Shown: one piece after another, positions 50,353-63,243 of the stretch
Numbering within the stretch: the first letter of the stretch is position 1
How the letters are laid out: the number at the start of each line of letters is the position of its first letter
NCBI GenBank assembly: GCA_963693365.1
Contig: CAVNZM010000002.1
Location: forward strand, 12,270,328 to 12,334,327
Length of the DNA: 64,000 bases
DNA from: Amoebidium appalachense
Taxonomy: Eukaryota; Protista; Ichthyosporea
Direction of reading: 5' to 3'
The notes under the pieces: model-generated
What the model was told of the DNA's origin: nothing
Databases searched by the model: none
The model's input: only the letters and a program-made list of their open reading frames with translations
Position numbers and translations under genes: made by a program

Positions 50353-51648
50353 CTAGACATGTTCTGGGGCTTGCGTTCTGAGGAAGCTGTAAGCCAACAT
50401 ACCAGTGCCCAGGAAATCAGCACAAGCCGTCACGTAGGGAATCACCCAGTTGTCAGGATCAAGGCCAGCGGCCCAAACCTTCCTTGAAAGAACATGCACC
50501 AACACGACAACACAGGCCACCTGACCCACAGACGCACACAAATAGCTCCCGAGGAATCCAGCATCGTTTAAGAACTCCGTGTCGGGGCTCGACCATTCTA
50601 CTCCAGCAATGAGAATGAGGTGGGTAGGAATGGTGAGGAGGAAAAGAACAATGGAAGGATAATATCCGTCGGGTTTCCCATGCACGTGGAATGACGTTGC
50701 CGCTCTTGAAGCCAACACCGCCCCGATGTTCCCTCCGACCCCGTTGACAATGGGAACCAGAAGGGCCATCTTGGGAAACGCTTCAATTTCCTCTTCCAAA
50801 GTCAACCCCGCCGCACCGGAGATTATCATAGCTGTAAGGATGGGCACCCAACCGTTACGCAAAACCTGCTTGACCGCCTTGTGAATGGAACAGAGACGGA
50901 TCCACGTTGGTATGAGCATAATCTGCCCCACCAAGAGAACGGGAAGCACGACGGGGGCAACGTCCTCGATGGAAAGAAGGAATGCTCCGCACATGGAAAG
51001 TATAACGAGGGTAAGGACATCACCCAAACTTGCGGTCACTGAGTTGGCGAAGTTGTCCGGGTTGAAGCCCCGTTGCGACGAGAAAATAATGACACCACAC
51101 ATAACGACCCCTAAAATGCCGGCTGCAAGGGTTGCCGTTGTAAGACTCGTAGCTGTTAGGAGAAGTGCCTGGGATAACGAACACGGGAGGCCGGTGGTTT
51201 CCCCAAGAATTATTGCGTAGAGGGCAGCCACAAAACTGACAACTATTGCTTGAATCTGTGTCAAGGCAAGGTTTGCCAAGATGTATGCCTTGCATGACGC
51301 CAGGCTCTTCAGGGTGCCCTTGTTCGCCTCGGTAGAAAGGCGTGAGTTAAGCGTCATCTCGAGATCTCCTTTTAGGTCAAGCAGGGGAGGGACGAGAATG
51401 AAGAGCTGAGGAAGACGTGCAAACACCTCCCATGTCTGGAACTGGTTCAGAAGGACTCCGGTTATAACTGAACCAAAACCGGCGATGATGAGGGGCGGCC
51501 AAATCTGAAAAAGGAATTTACCAAGGGGTTCGGAAGAAGAAATAGAAGCGCAATCCTCCGTTATTTTGGAGATGTTTTTGTCATCGTCAACAAGTGACGT
51601 CGTGCTTTTCAGCTCTATGGCTGTCTCTAACTGTGGTGCACGCCCCAT
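50353..51648 (-). CDS. SLC41A: SLC41/MgtE-family magnesium transporter, intronless CDS
   Basis: LVPPLLDLKGDLEMTLNSRLST, NPDNFANSVTASLGD, PIVNGVGGN, DPDNWVIPYVTACADFLG: two MgtE repeats, about 10 TM; probable 5'UTR intron 51665-51908. Confidence 0.92.
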   Translation of the reverse strand: MGRAPQLETAIELKSTTSLVDDDKNISKITEDCASISSSEPLGKFLFQIWPPLIIAGFGSVITGVLLNQFQTWEVFARLPQLFILVPPLLDLKGDLEMTLNSRLSTEANKGTLKSLASCKAYILANLALTQIQAIVVSFVAALYAIILGETTGLPCSLSQALLLTATSLTTATLAAGILGVVMCGVIIFSSQRGFNPDNFANSVTASLGDVLTLVILSMCGAFLLSIEDVAPVVLPVLLVGQIMLIPTWIRLCSIHKAVKQVLRNGWVPILTAMIISGAAGLTLEEEIEAFPKMALLVPIVNGVGGNIGAVLASRAATSFHVHGKPDGYYPSIVLFLLTIPTHLILIAGVEWSSPDTEFLNDAGFLGSYLCASVGQVACVVVLVHVLSRKVWAAGLDPDNWVIPYVTACADFLGTGMLAYSFLRTQAPEHV

Positions 51649-53910
51649 GTTTGAGCTTTGTGATCTGAAATGGAAAAGGCTTTGTGGTACGCAATGTATA
51701 TAGGAAAAGAACGGGTACTACTCGGTTGAAGGTTAGAGATAGTGTCTCTGTTATATTTGTGTTAGGAACATATAGATAACATGGTTTTTTTTGGAGATGA
51801 AGAAACTCTAGGAGTGCGTGGGAGGGTGGAGGTCAAAGTCAGACAGTTTTTGCCTTCAACCACACTGTAAAACAAGTCATCTAAAGATGAAGAGTTCTCG
51901 ACCCTTACCGCAAGGAGGGGCGTTTGGGGAAAATAAAGCGAGCAAGGGTTTCTAAACCTCCGAAGGTTATATATGTAAAAAAAATTTTATAAAAAGGCCA
52001 GAGCGAGCAACGCTAAGAAACCCTCTGCCCTCCTGCGCTGAACATAAACGGTTGATGCATCAGTCGCCGCACAACAACTTTCTGAGGGGTCACCTCGTTC
52101 CAAGACCTTTTTGTTGTGGATGACCGCTCATGATGATTGGTTGTAAGGGGCGTAGGAATGCTGTTCTGCTAGACTGCTCTTAATCAACTTTCACTGCAAA
52201 TATTGCAGAATCGAAATACGAGTCTCGCTAGATATTTTAGCTATGTATACATTGAAGCGCTATTTACTAATTTAAAAACTCTAGATTAACATTGATATTT
52301 GTTTTAGACCTTTTACCCCTAAAAACGTGATTTTTAGGGCTATATTGCACTCCTATATACTTTTTGACCTACTTTTTGGTTATATCTTTTCAATTTAAAG
52401 TACATCTAGGAGACCGCGTGATCTGAATTCTGAGATGGCCAGTCTCAGCGGCAGTCTGCAGCTGTGTCACGGCTCCATTCTTCGAACAAGTGTAGAAATG
52501 AAAGAAAAAGCACGTCAATAAACAAAAGTGATATATTCATTTGAGAAATGCTGGCTTCATGGCTCTAACTACTCGTGCGTGGACTAGTTAAATTGATTCA
52601 GTCCGAGTCGCGACCGTCGGACTCAGTTGAGTGATATGATATCCCAAGGACCAATAAAAAGTAGGTTGAGTCTCTCACCCAATCGAAACACGTGAATAGA
52701 CATGTGAATGTTTCTTCCTAAACTTCTTTGCTTGGGGTCGTAGAGATACGCTTTGCTTAATCCGATATCTTATTTTTATTCAAGTCAATTGAAGTGACAG
52801 CTTAGCAGTCTCGAAGAAACTATTAATATTTATTAAAAAAAAAAAGAGCGTAATTTTTTAATCATCAGTGTTAAACAGGTATTTCCTAAAAAAGAAACTT
52901 TGAAATTTAATTAGCTCAAGGAAGTGCGTGGTCAATGATTGTGTATGAACGAAGTCTTTTGAGAATAACTAAAAGCCAATTATGTGCTAGAACAAATTTG
53001 CGCTAACAAGGGCGCATGACCTGTGAATTCAATTTGTCGGCTTAAACACCGTCCCATGGGAATAAAAGATATCAAAACTCCATAATTTTTCAACAACAGC
53101 TTCATCGAATTCTATAGGCCAAAAGCTTGATATTTCTACCTCCCTCTATCATGCCTAAATGCTTGGCCTTCGAAGACTATGGCGCTCACGTTGATTTTGT
53201 GGTGCGTGCCCAACCAACCAGAATGTTCCAACAAACCGGTATTTTGGCCCAGGCATGAGGCAACTGAGTTGAACTGACCGTGTGTACGCGGCGGCGGACT
53301 CGCGGAGTATCATGACGCAGGCCTCACTGACTTGCACGTGACTCATGTGACCATAGCCAAGCCCATCCACAACGGCCACGTGTACATGTACATCCGATGT
53401 GGACTGCACACCCTAGCTGACTTGTTTGGCTTGTGAGTAGGTATGCAAGAAAAAAAACACGTCTTGAAAAAAAGGGAAAGTAGCAATTACGATGAAGTAC
53501 CTTCCTTGAAGTTGAAATGAATGGAGCTTGGAGTCACAGTCGCGATCGATCATGCACGTGAGTCCGGATCCGATGTGATTCACTTCATTACCGTATACGA
53601 GTAGTCCGTCATCTCAAAGTATTATTATTGTAGTGACAGGGTACAATTAGTCCCTCTTCTAAAAGTATTGTAATATTAGTTTGGCCTATGGCCAGTCCGG
53701 ACCATCAAAAACAGACAACATGCCGTGACCTCCATAGGAGTGTTGTGCATGTGGGAGGCATTGCTTGACGGCACCGTTGCAAGGGAATTCGAGTGTGTAC
53801 TACCCCAACGGCGCGTAAACACGCACAAACACATTATACACATACACAAATACATGCACGCCATAGGGCACACACAACACGCACGTAACCCACACACATA
53901 CACACACACA

Positions 53911-53966
<56 letters not shown>

Positions 53967-54000
53967 GCCACACACACACAGTGCCACACACACACACGTC

Positions 54001-54092
<92 letters not shown>

Positions 54093-54416
54093 TACACACA
54101 CACACACACACAGACACACACAGACACACAGACACACAGACACACACATGCTATTAAACGCGATACATACATACACAAACACCCTATATCATAGCGCTCC
54201 GGTACACGTGCACACGCACACACACACTCACGTGCACACACGCGCGCACACGTACTACCACATCGTGCACACGCACACACACATACACGCACAGTGCCAC
54301 ACACAAGCACACACACACACAGTGCCACACAAGCACACACACACACCCACACCAACACGCGCACACATATACAGGCATACAACGCGTACACGCTGTGCAC
54401 ACCCACACACACGGTG

Positions 54417-54472
<56 letters not shown>

Positions 54473-55055
54473 GCGCGTACACACACACAAACACACAAAC
54501 ACACAATTTGAAACACACACACACAAACACCACCACTCACCAGTACTGTGAATGACTTGGAAAGGGGACTCAAAAATGTCATTTTCCGAAAATCGCATGG
54601 CCTCCTCTTTCCCTTTCTCCCCCCTTCCCCCCACCCCTCCTCCCCTCCCCCTCACTACCCCTCCTCCTTCCTCCCATTGAGACTGCCGTGAGTTGCCATC
54701 GCATGTTTCGGAAAACAAACTTAAGTCTTATTTTGCTTTTTGTTTCTTCAGATCTTTTTGGCATATGCCTGCCAGTTCCAAAAACTTCGACGTCTGTTTC
54801 CAGCAATGTGCACGTGTACTGTTAGCGGAATAATAAATAATAATAGGCATTAATCTGATCGCTCAACAATACCACCAGTGCTTATCGTCATCTCTACTCT
54901 AACATTCGAGCCGGGCACGGAAACTCATCAGCTATCAACAACTGCACTGTAGTACCATCCTTCACCGTATACACATTTTTATTTTTTTTCATTAAACCTA
55001 GAGAGCCTATGCACTTTTATATATCTCGGCCCCCTTTTTCCTTTCACATTCCAAG

Positions 55056-55307
55056 CTACCTAGCACTCGGTGGAGCCAACGCGGCAGCGTGATATGAATT
55101 GAAATTAACTGGATCGAATTTCTTCTTAATTTTTAAAAGCCGTGGATAGTTGGACCCCCACAGTCTCTCCTGCCAGTTAAGGTTGGCCCCAGGGATCCTG
55201 TGGGTAGATATCTCATTGATATACGCTGAATTGATACTGACGTCACCTGCTGGACGGCGGCGGCAAAGTACTGCAGAGTATTTTTGCACTCCTCCGTTTC
55301 CATGCAC
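55056..55307 (-). pseudogene. Berberine-bridge-enzyme (BBE) C-terminal domain fragment of an FAD-linked oxidase
   Basis: AYINE...WQERLWGSNYPRLLKIKKKFDPVNF matches the BBE motif YxN..W..Y(F/W)GxNYxRL..IK.KYDP; no FAD-binding domain found upstream. Confidence 0.65.
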
Positions 55308-56241
55308 GTGACTGCAAAAAGCAATTCGATTGGGTGGGTGCGCAGGTTGGGGTGCACGGCTGTCGCGCTGCCGGCGAGTTTGGCGGTCCCCGTGCCCTTA
55401 CCTGGTTGGTGGAGAGATTGTGGTCAGAATCACATGGCATGCACATGCATATGTCACAGTGTGTGTCGAGAGTTGTGTATGATGGAGTGTACTTATACTG
55501 GCTAAAGTTTCGGTCGTTTTTGGCTTATTTTGTGTGTGTGTGTGTTGGAGGGGGGGGGGGGGGGGGGGAGGGGGGGCTTAAAGTATTCAGATGTGTGTGT
55601 GTGTGTGTGTGTGTGTGCGTGCCTGCGTGTGTGCACTTGCATGCTTGCCTCCATGTGTCTGTTCGACAAGAGGCAGCTGTGAGAGCAGTGTTGGCAAGGT
55701 TACAAATTGGTGTGTGTTGTGTGCGTTTTGGAGGGAGTTTGAACGCAGGGCCGTGGGAAGAGAAGGAGATGGTGGGAGGGGAAGAGGAGGGGAGTGGGGG
55801 GTGGGGATGGGTTGCTAGCGGAGGAAAACACGTTGCTAATTGTTGGCCGGAGAAAGTTGGGAGGAAGAAGGGAAAGAGAGGGGAAAGGAGCTTTTTTTTT
55901 TTTTTTTTTGCCCTCGGTTCCTCGTTTCCTGCAAATGCATTCGAGGAAAACAAACTGGAGCAAATTTCCATGTCTGTTGGAACGTTCACACAAAATACGA
56001 CACGGTGCCTAAGCTTTCCAGCTAGAGTATCAGCAAAACATTATTAAAGGGTCGGGGCGAGGAGCGGGTTGCCGGGCATGGGCAAGGGGGGGAGGGGGGG
56101 GGGGGTAAGGTGTTAAGAAGCACGAAGTACGAATATTCATGCAGCCAACACAATGCCGAAGTTCCAGAGCACACACAAAAAGTATAATTGAATAAGCAGA
56201 GTCCATCCTCCTGTGGGAAGGGGGGGGGGATAACAGTACGG

Positions 56242-56299
<58 letters not shown>

Positions 56300-56941
56300 G
56301 GGGGGAGGAAAGGAGGGAGGGGACGGGGCGGAGGGGGGCGGATGTGCATGACGTAACATCATTAGGCTAATATCGAGTTCATGTTTACTTTAATTTTTGA
56401 AGATATATCGAGCGCTAGGCCTCCGGTTCCGAGGGTCTCAGATAATAGAATTGAAAAGCAAGTGGTTTGATTATCCAGCAATCGGAATTCGCAAAATATG
56501 ATGGTAATACTAGTCTAAGAAATTCAAAACAAAACAAAAAAAAAAAAAAAGAAAAGGAATAACCATGCTTCGAACCGAAGATAATATTGAATGATACAAT
56601 TTAAGTCGTATTATGTACAGTATCTGTTTGAGTAGATCGACTAGAATCTCTGTTTTAAGGGTCTTATGTACATACGAAACCTCATATATATAAATATACA
56701 CAGCCAGTTTCATATTGCATAGAAGAAGTAAACCCAGACCTTTCACCGCACACTTTCGTTTGTATTTACAATTCATACATGAGCCCTAAGTCTATGGTTA
56801 AAACATAAAGGAATGCTACTGAGTAGTGTATTCTATGACTTGAAGCGTTGATTCAAATTCATTTTGTATATATAAGTACGTACACGTTGTGTGTAAGGTG
56901 GTGGTGGTGGTGGTGGTGGTGGTGGTGGTGGTGGTGGTGGT

Positions 56942-57004
<63 letters not shown>

Positions 57005-57083
57005 CTAAGGACGGGCTCGAGGGCAAGTAAGTAGTTTTAGTGCTCATAGTGTGAGGAATATTGGAATAATAAGTGAAAATCAA

Positions 57084-58781
57084 CTATGTGCGTGCATTAG
57101 GATGACCAACAACAACAGGCAACTTCACAACACCAACAACAGGGGCAGAAGGGGTACCAGTCTGTGTAGGGTCCGATTTTGTTCCGTTCAATATTATCCC
57201 ATCCCCTGAAACCTTTGGCGGCTTGGGTTCCTTTAATTGGGGTTCGGGTCCCGTCATTTCAAGACCCGGACAATCCCCATTGCTATACTGAAGAACGTTA
57301 TTCACTTCTCCGAGAGTCTGAAGGGAAATCGCGACGTCTCCGTACGAGTTCTTGTTATCGACGAAAGTGGAATCCTGGTCGACCCTAAACTGGGCGCCGG
57401 TAAGGAACCCGTGCATGGTAAGAGAGAAAACGGCCCCGTCCAACTTGCACGTGTTTGCTTCGAAATAACCGGAAATTGTGAATTTCCCGTTGTTGTGAAT
57501 CTTGTTCGATGCAATGGCACCCCCCCGCTCCGACGGGCACTCGTTGCCTATGAAAGAGCCGTGGATGTAAGTCTCGCCATCCGTCGCCTGCACCCAAATC
57601 GCACCCCCTCGCGAACCCCAGCCGGCGGGGTCTGTTGCGATGTTGTTTTCGAAAATGCAGTCGTGAAAATTGAGATGGGACGACCATTCGACGAGGTTGG
57701 TGTAATAAGCCCCCCCGCCGGGTGCCGTATTTTCGCGGAAAGTGCACGTGTCGAACTCCGTGTCACCCGAAGTTGAGCTGATTCCGATGGCTCCGCCCAG
57801 TCCGTGTGGGAAAAGGTGCTGGTTCCTCAGGAACTTCGATTTCCGGAACAATATTTTCCCCTTCTTCGACGTGATGAATATCCAAATCGCACCCGAACCG
57901 CCGTAAATTTCTTCGCTTGGCTTTACGGTATTGTTTACAAAAGTCGAATATTCAACATTCACATTGTTGGTCACGGCCAGGTAGATTACAGCACCCCCGG
58001 CAGTCTTGGTGTAGAAATTTTCAAAGGAACATCTCGAAATATTCAAACTCACAACCGGATAAGTGCTCACTTCATCATCCGTAAGTTTCGCCTGTGCGTC
58101 AACCTCGGGGACGCGCAAAAGAGACACCTGGCCAGAGGTCTCATTTCGACGGAAAGTCACATTCAGAATGTTTACGTCTATGCGTACCCCGTCGACCACG
58201 CGGAAAATAGTCGCGGATTTGGTCGTTGGGAGGAGGTTAGCGAGAAATACCGCCGTTTTGTTCTGGCAGGTCACGCCCTGAATGGTTAGGGTCCTGTTGA
58301 TCTTGTGTTCTCCCTTGGTGATGTTTGCAACCCCAGCCACCTTGATCACAGACGGGTTCACAAGAAGAGCGGCGGTCATGTTACCCCCATAGCACGTGTT
58401 CTCAACCAACAAACCTGCACATTCGCAGTTGTCTTTAACTGTTGGCCAAACATACCCTGCGTCACCTGGCTTTAACTTAATCACGGGCGCGGAGGTAGTA
58501 GTAGTGGCAGGTGAAGAACGTGAAGTACCGGAGGGATTGTCCAAATCAACAATGTCATTTGTGCCGGATTTTTGTAAAGACCCTGATTCCCCGTTGCTAA
58601 AGACACCAGCGGCAGCTAGAGAGACACATAGAATAACAACAAAGGCCAACAGAACAAGCACACCAGCAATAATTACGGTTTTGGGCTTGCGGTACCACGG
58701 AAGGTCTTTAAGTTTTTTCAAAGTGTCCCCCTCTGACCAGCCGCCTTGCATTTTCGTGTGTTCCGTTGTGCCGCGGCCCAT
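57084..58781 (-). CDS. Intronless type II membrane protein with right-handed beta-helix, Pmp-like GGA(I/V)/FxxN repeats (adhesin-like)
   Basis: 565-aa ORF; TM VIIAGVLVLLAFVVILCVSLAAAGVF; S/T linker; alternating FxxN (FVNN, FLRN, FREN, FENN, FIGN, FEAN, FVDN) and GGAV/GGAI/GGAY motifs. Confidence 0.85.
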   Translation of the reverse strand: MGRGTTEHTKMQGGWSEGDTLKKLKDLPWYRKPKTVIIAGVLVLLAFVVILCVSLAAAGVFSNGESGSLQKSGTNDIVDLDNPSGTSRSSPATTTTSAPVIKLKPGDAGYVWPTVKDNCECAGLLVENTCYGGNMTAALLVNPSVIKVAGVANITKGEHKINRTLTIQGVTCQNKTAVFLANLLPTTKSATIFRVVDGVRIDVNILNVTFRRNETSGQVSLLRVPEVDAQAKLTDDEVSTYPVVSLNISRCSFENFYTKTAGGAVIYLAVTNNVNVEYSTFVNNTVKPSEEIYGGSGAIWIFITSKKGKILFRKSKFLRNQHLFPHGLGGAIGISSTSGDTEFDTCTFRENTAPGGGAYYTNLVEWSSHLNFHDCIFENNIATDPAGWGSRGGAIWVQATDGETYIHGSFIGNECPSERGGAIASNKIHNNGKFTISGYFEANTCKLDGAVFSLTMHGFLTGAQFRVDQDSTFVDNKNSYGDVAISLQTLGEVNNVLQYSNGDCPGLEMTGPEPQLKEPKPPKVSGDGIILNGTKSDPTQTGTPSAPVVGVVKLPVVVGHPNART

Positions 58782-60266
58782 GCACTATGCTATAAGTGGA
58801 ATAACTGCGACTGGTGAGTCAGCACCACAAGTAAACAAAGAAAACTAACGGCGGTGGGCGGTCGTTTTCCGGTTTTGTTGTCGAGAGTAAACGTGTTGAA
58901 TTATCCAGACGAAGACTGCACACCTATTGGCGGAAACGACATGGATAAGAGCGCGGCAAAATTCTGTCATATCCAAAGCTTTATGTACGGTTGTTTCAGC
59001 ATTCCGAAGTTCCGAACCCGATTTTTGACAATAGAGAGCGCAGCCCATCTGTGGTTGGTTTGCCCCTCAACTTTAAAGAAAAAAAGGATCTCTCTATTAA
59101 TATCATTATTCATGATAATGTATTTGTTTGCTTGAAGAGGTATTTGCATTTGTTTTTTGGTCATCCTGAAGTTAGAACTTGTGCTGAAAATAGCTACCAA
59201 TAGGAGCGGCATATTTTTAGGTATTCAATCATTCTCTTTAGAACGTAGCTTTTATCGGACATCTTTTGAAACAGTTGATTGGTGTAGAAGAATCCCGCAA
59301 CCTTCGGAACCTGAGTAAAACTTGAAAAGAAAGAAAGGAAGGAAGATTTGAAGAAAGGGAGAGAAGAAAAGACTTCCGCCTAACTTCGAAACACCGTGCA
59401 ACAATAGTTCGAACGTCTAATTTGACGCCATGGGACATGACCGCTCTTTGCAAGGTTCACCCGCACCAGCCTAATAAGCAGCCTAGGCGTACGTTGAAGG
59501 TGGCATGCATATACGCGCATTGAAAGCATTGTGGTGACGCGTCGTGCAGCCAGGCCCACTCCCCCCCTCCAGCTCGTGCATGCGTCAGGCTACATGTGTG
59601 TTGCATACAGAGACGGCCAGACGCCTAGTAAACCGGGTCATATATTGTGTTAGCGCTGTACACGTATTATATTGAAGTATGCAAAGTGGAGTAACAAACA
59701 TAATTTTCTACAAGACTATTCCTTTTCCATGTGTACATATTGTGCACATGTGACTCTGAGGGTCCTGCTGGTCCTGTTCAACTGGCCGCCTGAGTCAGTG
59801 GACGTCGACGATGCCATACGTCACTCACCGGCCGCCATGTACTGCACATCATATGTGCACGTGGCACTGTGACGCTGGCGGTGCACAGGTGCGCTGGTTT
59901 TCCAGGGGCCGTACATAGTCGAAGTTTACCACCTACCCCTCAAAGAAAAGATAGTGCCATATATACATCAATAAAAACCGCAGAACTAAAGGGAAAAAAT
60001 CAAACCACCATAGGTATATCCAGCCGGGCCGGCTGATCATCATCGGAGGGGGGGCAAAAAAAGGAATGGGGGGAAGGGGGGGGCGGGGGGGGGGGGGGGG
60101 GAGAAGGGCGGGGGCGCTGCCAAGCTTCCCTTAAGCAGCATTACCATATGCATCAGCAGCGTGGGTGGGTGGGTGGGTGGGTGGGTGGGTGGGTGGGGGT
60201 TGGGGGGTTGGGGTGGGGGGGGGGGGGGGGGGGTACGTCTCTCTCTCTCTCTCTCTCTCTCTCTCC

Positions 60267-60304
<38 letters not shown>

Positions 60305-60364
60305 CATCCTCTCTCTCTCGCTGTGAACATGTTGGGGGGGGCGGGGGGGAGGGGGGTACGTCTC

Positions 60365-60409
<45 letters not shown>

Positions 60410-60895
60410 CCCCCCCAGTTTCTCTCTGAACATGTGTGTGTGTGTATGACATTGTGTGCTGTGTGTGTGAGAGCTCGAGCGGAGCGCGTGTCATCTGTGT
60501 GTGTGCTCGCCCCAGCTGCTGTGCGCTGTGCTAATACTGCATACGTACTTGCGTGTATGTGTGTGAAGCACACACACAGATTACACATCCACCATTTATT
60601 TTAACTACTTTTAGCATAAGGCATCTGTACTTTTGCGTATGTACCTAAAACGTCTACGTACATGCATTCTTATGGTGGCAGGGGTCATATTTATCATTCA
60701 ACTTGAAGCACACAGTCTCACTCCTACAGTAACTACCATCATGATCAAATATAATGCAAACATTTGTTGCGTTAGCACGAAAAGTGTTCATCCACCATAC
60801 ATACCAATCAGCCTACTCACAGCATCTCTCCCACTTACAAAACATCTATCCCAGTAACACATATCCAACGCCTCCGAAATTTCATGCAAATGACA

Positions 60896-62275
60896 CTATC
60901 TCGTCAACTCTTCCAATTTCAACGACTCTAGGCCAGCAGCAAACGCCGGGTCGGCCAATAAAGCTTCGATCTGGGCCAGAGAAAGACTTTCGGGTATCTG
61001 CTTGTCGGTGACCCGGCCCGAATTGTTTTGTGCTGTTAGAAGCATCGGGTCGTTGATCCGCGGTGGGGGTTGGCTGTGGGCGCGCATTGCAGGGGGGTGG
61101 GCTGGACCAGCTTGAGACTGTTGCGTCTGTGTTGTGTGTGTGTGTGTGTGGGTGTGTGTGTGTGTGTGTGGGTGTGTGAGTGAGTGAGTGAGTGAGTGAG
61201 TGAGTGAGTGAGTGAGTGAGTGAGTGAGTGAGTGAGTGAGTGAGTGAGTGAGTGTTAGTGTGCGTGAGTGAGTGGGTAAGTGAGTGAGTGAGTGAGTGTG
61301 AGTGTAAGTGTGTGCGCTTGCGTGTGTACATGTGAGGGTGTAACTTGCAGTGGTGGAAGTGAAAGGAGGGACGTATGTCAGAGCAGTTAGCAGGCACCAT
61401 GGGCACGGGGAGGTCCCCAGAAATTGGGGGGGGGGGGGGGGGGGGGTGTTTGAATGCGTCAAAAAGTACGAAGTACACAAGAACAAACGGATAACACGAT
61501 GCAGAATGCAAGCCATACATAAAGAGTATGCATAATAAGCAGAGCCCATCCTCAGGGGGGGCCCACGTCATCCACAGTACCCGAGTTTCGACCTATTCCC
61601 CTCGTTAACGAAACCCAACTCAGATACTGTTTCACTTGAACATGAGTAGGTCACCCGTCTTGATCAGAGACGAGCAGGGTTGCTTATGCAGGCAAGGGCA
61701 GTGGGAAAGGCCGGGGGTTAAAGTTGCAGCAGTAAGCAGAAGCAAGAAAAATATAGATAGGAACTCAGGAGACGGGGGGGGGGGGGGGGGGGGGGGGGGG
61801 ATTGTAGCAGAAGTGCAACCATGGTTCAGGATTTGTAACATCCACACCTCCCTCTCTCACCATTGCATGCAAGAAGTGACCTACATCCGCGTTTCATGCA
61901 AAGGCTGAACCACATGTCCGCTTCATGCACACAGTGATCTATGATGCATCCCTATACACCCCGAGACGACGGCACACACAGTCAATGTTATCTCATTTTC
62001 AGTGACCAAACACAACCGACATGTTAGTATTATCTTGCCATGTGCGAACGAAGTGCAAGGGAACAGGCAGAATCTATGGGCTGCATGTACAGGTGGATGG
62101 CACAGAGCATAGTGCATCTGGTGGGATGTGGGCAAAAAGAAAAATGGAAAAGAAAGACACCCGAAAGCCAACAACGGAACGAGGCAATGTGTTCCTTTTC
62201 GTTCTTTCTTCCCTATCTCTTTCTCTCATACTCTCACTCTCACTATCTCTCTCTCTCTCTCAAACTCGGGCGCGC

Positions 62276-62325
<50 letters not shown>

Positions 62326-62779
62326 ACTCTCCCTCCCCCTCCCCTCTTTTTCTCTCCCTCTTGCTGTGTGTATGTGTGATTTTGTGTGATAATGTGTAGG
62401 TGGATGTGGGCCCAGGCGCGCGGCGGGGGGGGGGGGGGGGGGGGGGGGGAGAGGGGGGGGGGGGGCGGGGGGGAGGGGACAGTGGGGTGGGTGGGTGGTG
62501 GTGGTGGTGGTGGTGGTGATGGTGATGGTGGTGGCAGGGGGGGGGAGGGGGTGGGGGGGGGGGGGGGGGGGGGGGGGAGGTGAGGTTCACCATACCCACA
62601 GGGCTTGTTGCGACGTAACTCCCATGCCCATCGCATCCAAGTCCAGAAGATTCATGTTTTGGCCCGAAAAATGACCCGACAGGTTGGGTGAGGATGATGG
62701 TGGAATGGAGGGGGAGAGGTGGGATGGAGGTAGATTTGCGTTTGGAGCACTTAGCATGGGCCCTGACAAGTCTGTGGGG

Positions 62780-62843
<64 letters not shown>

Positions 62844-63191
62844 TGTGTGTGTGAGTGTGAGTGAGTGTGCTGTGCGTGCACCCGCCTCTCTCTCCCTCCC
62901 TCCCTCTCTCTCCCCCCCCCCCCCCCCCCCACCTCTCTCTCTGTGTGTGCGTGCAGGCATGCACGTGCACAACTCTCAACTCTCAAATGGTTCCCAACCC
63001 ACCCTTAACATATTTACCGTAACAGATAAATATTTATATTACTACATTGGCAGCGAGACATCAGGCTCTGAAGCAGCTGAAAACGTAAATTGAGGAAAAC
63101 ACAATGACATTTGGTTCACACCAGGAGTTAGCTGTACACTTTAAAACTTAAAAGACCGAGTTCTGTAAACGTCGCGAGGTGGAAAGTGTGT

Positions 63192-63243
<52 letters not shown>

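Noticed and set aside
52150-53150. AT-rich, microsatellite-free segment resembling a DNA transposon (similar at 34820-35490)
   Set aside because: No convincing TIR/TSD or ORF found by eye; left unassigned
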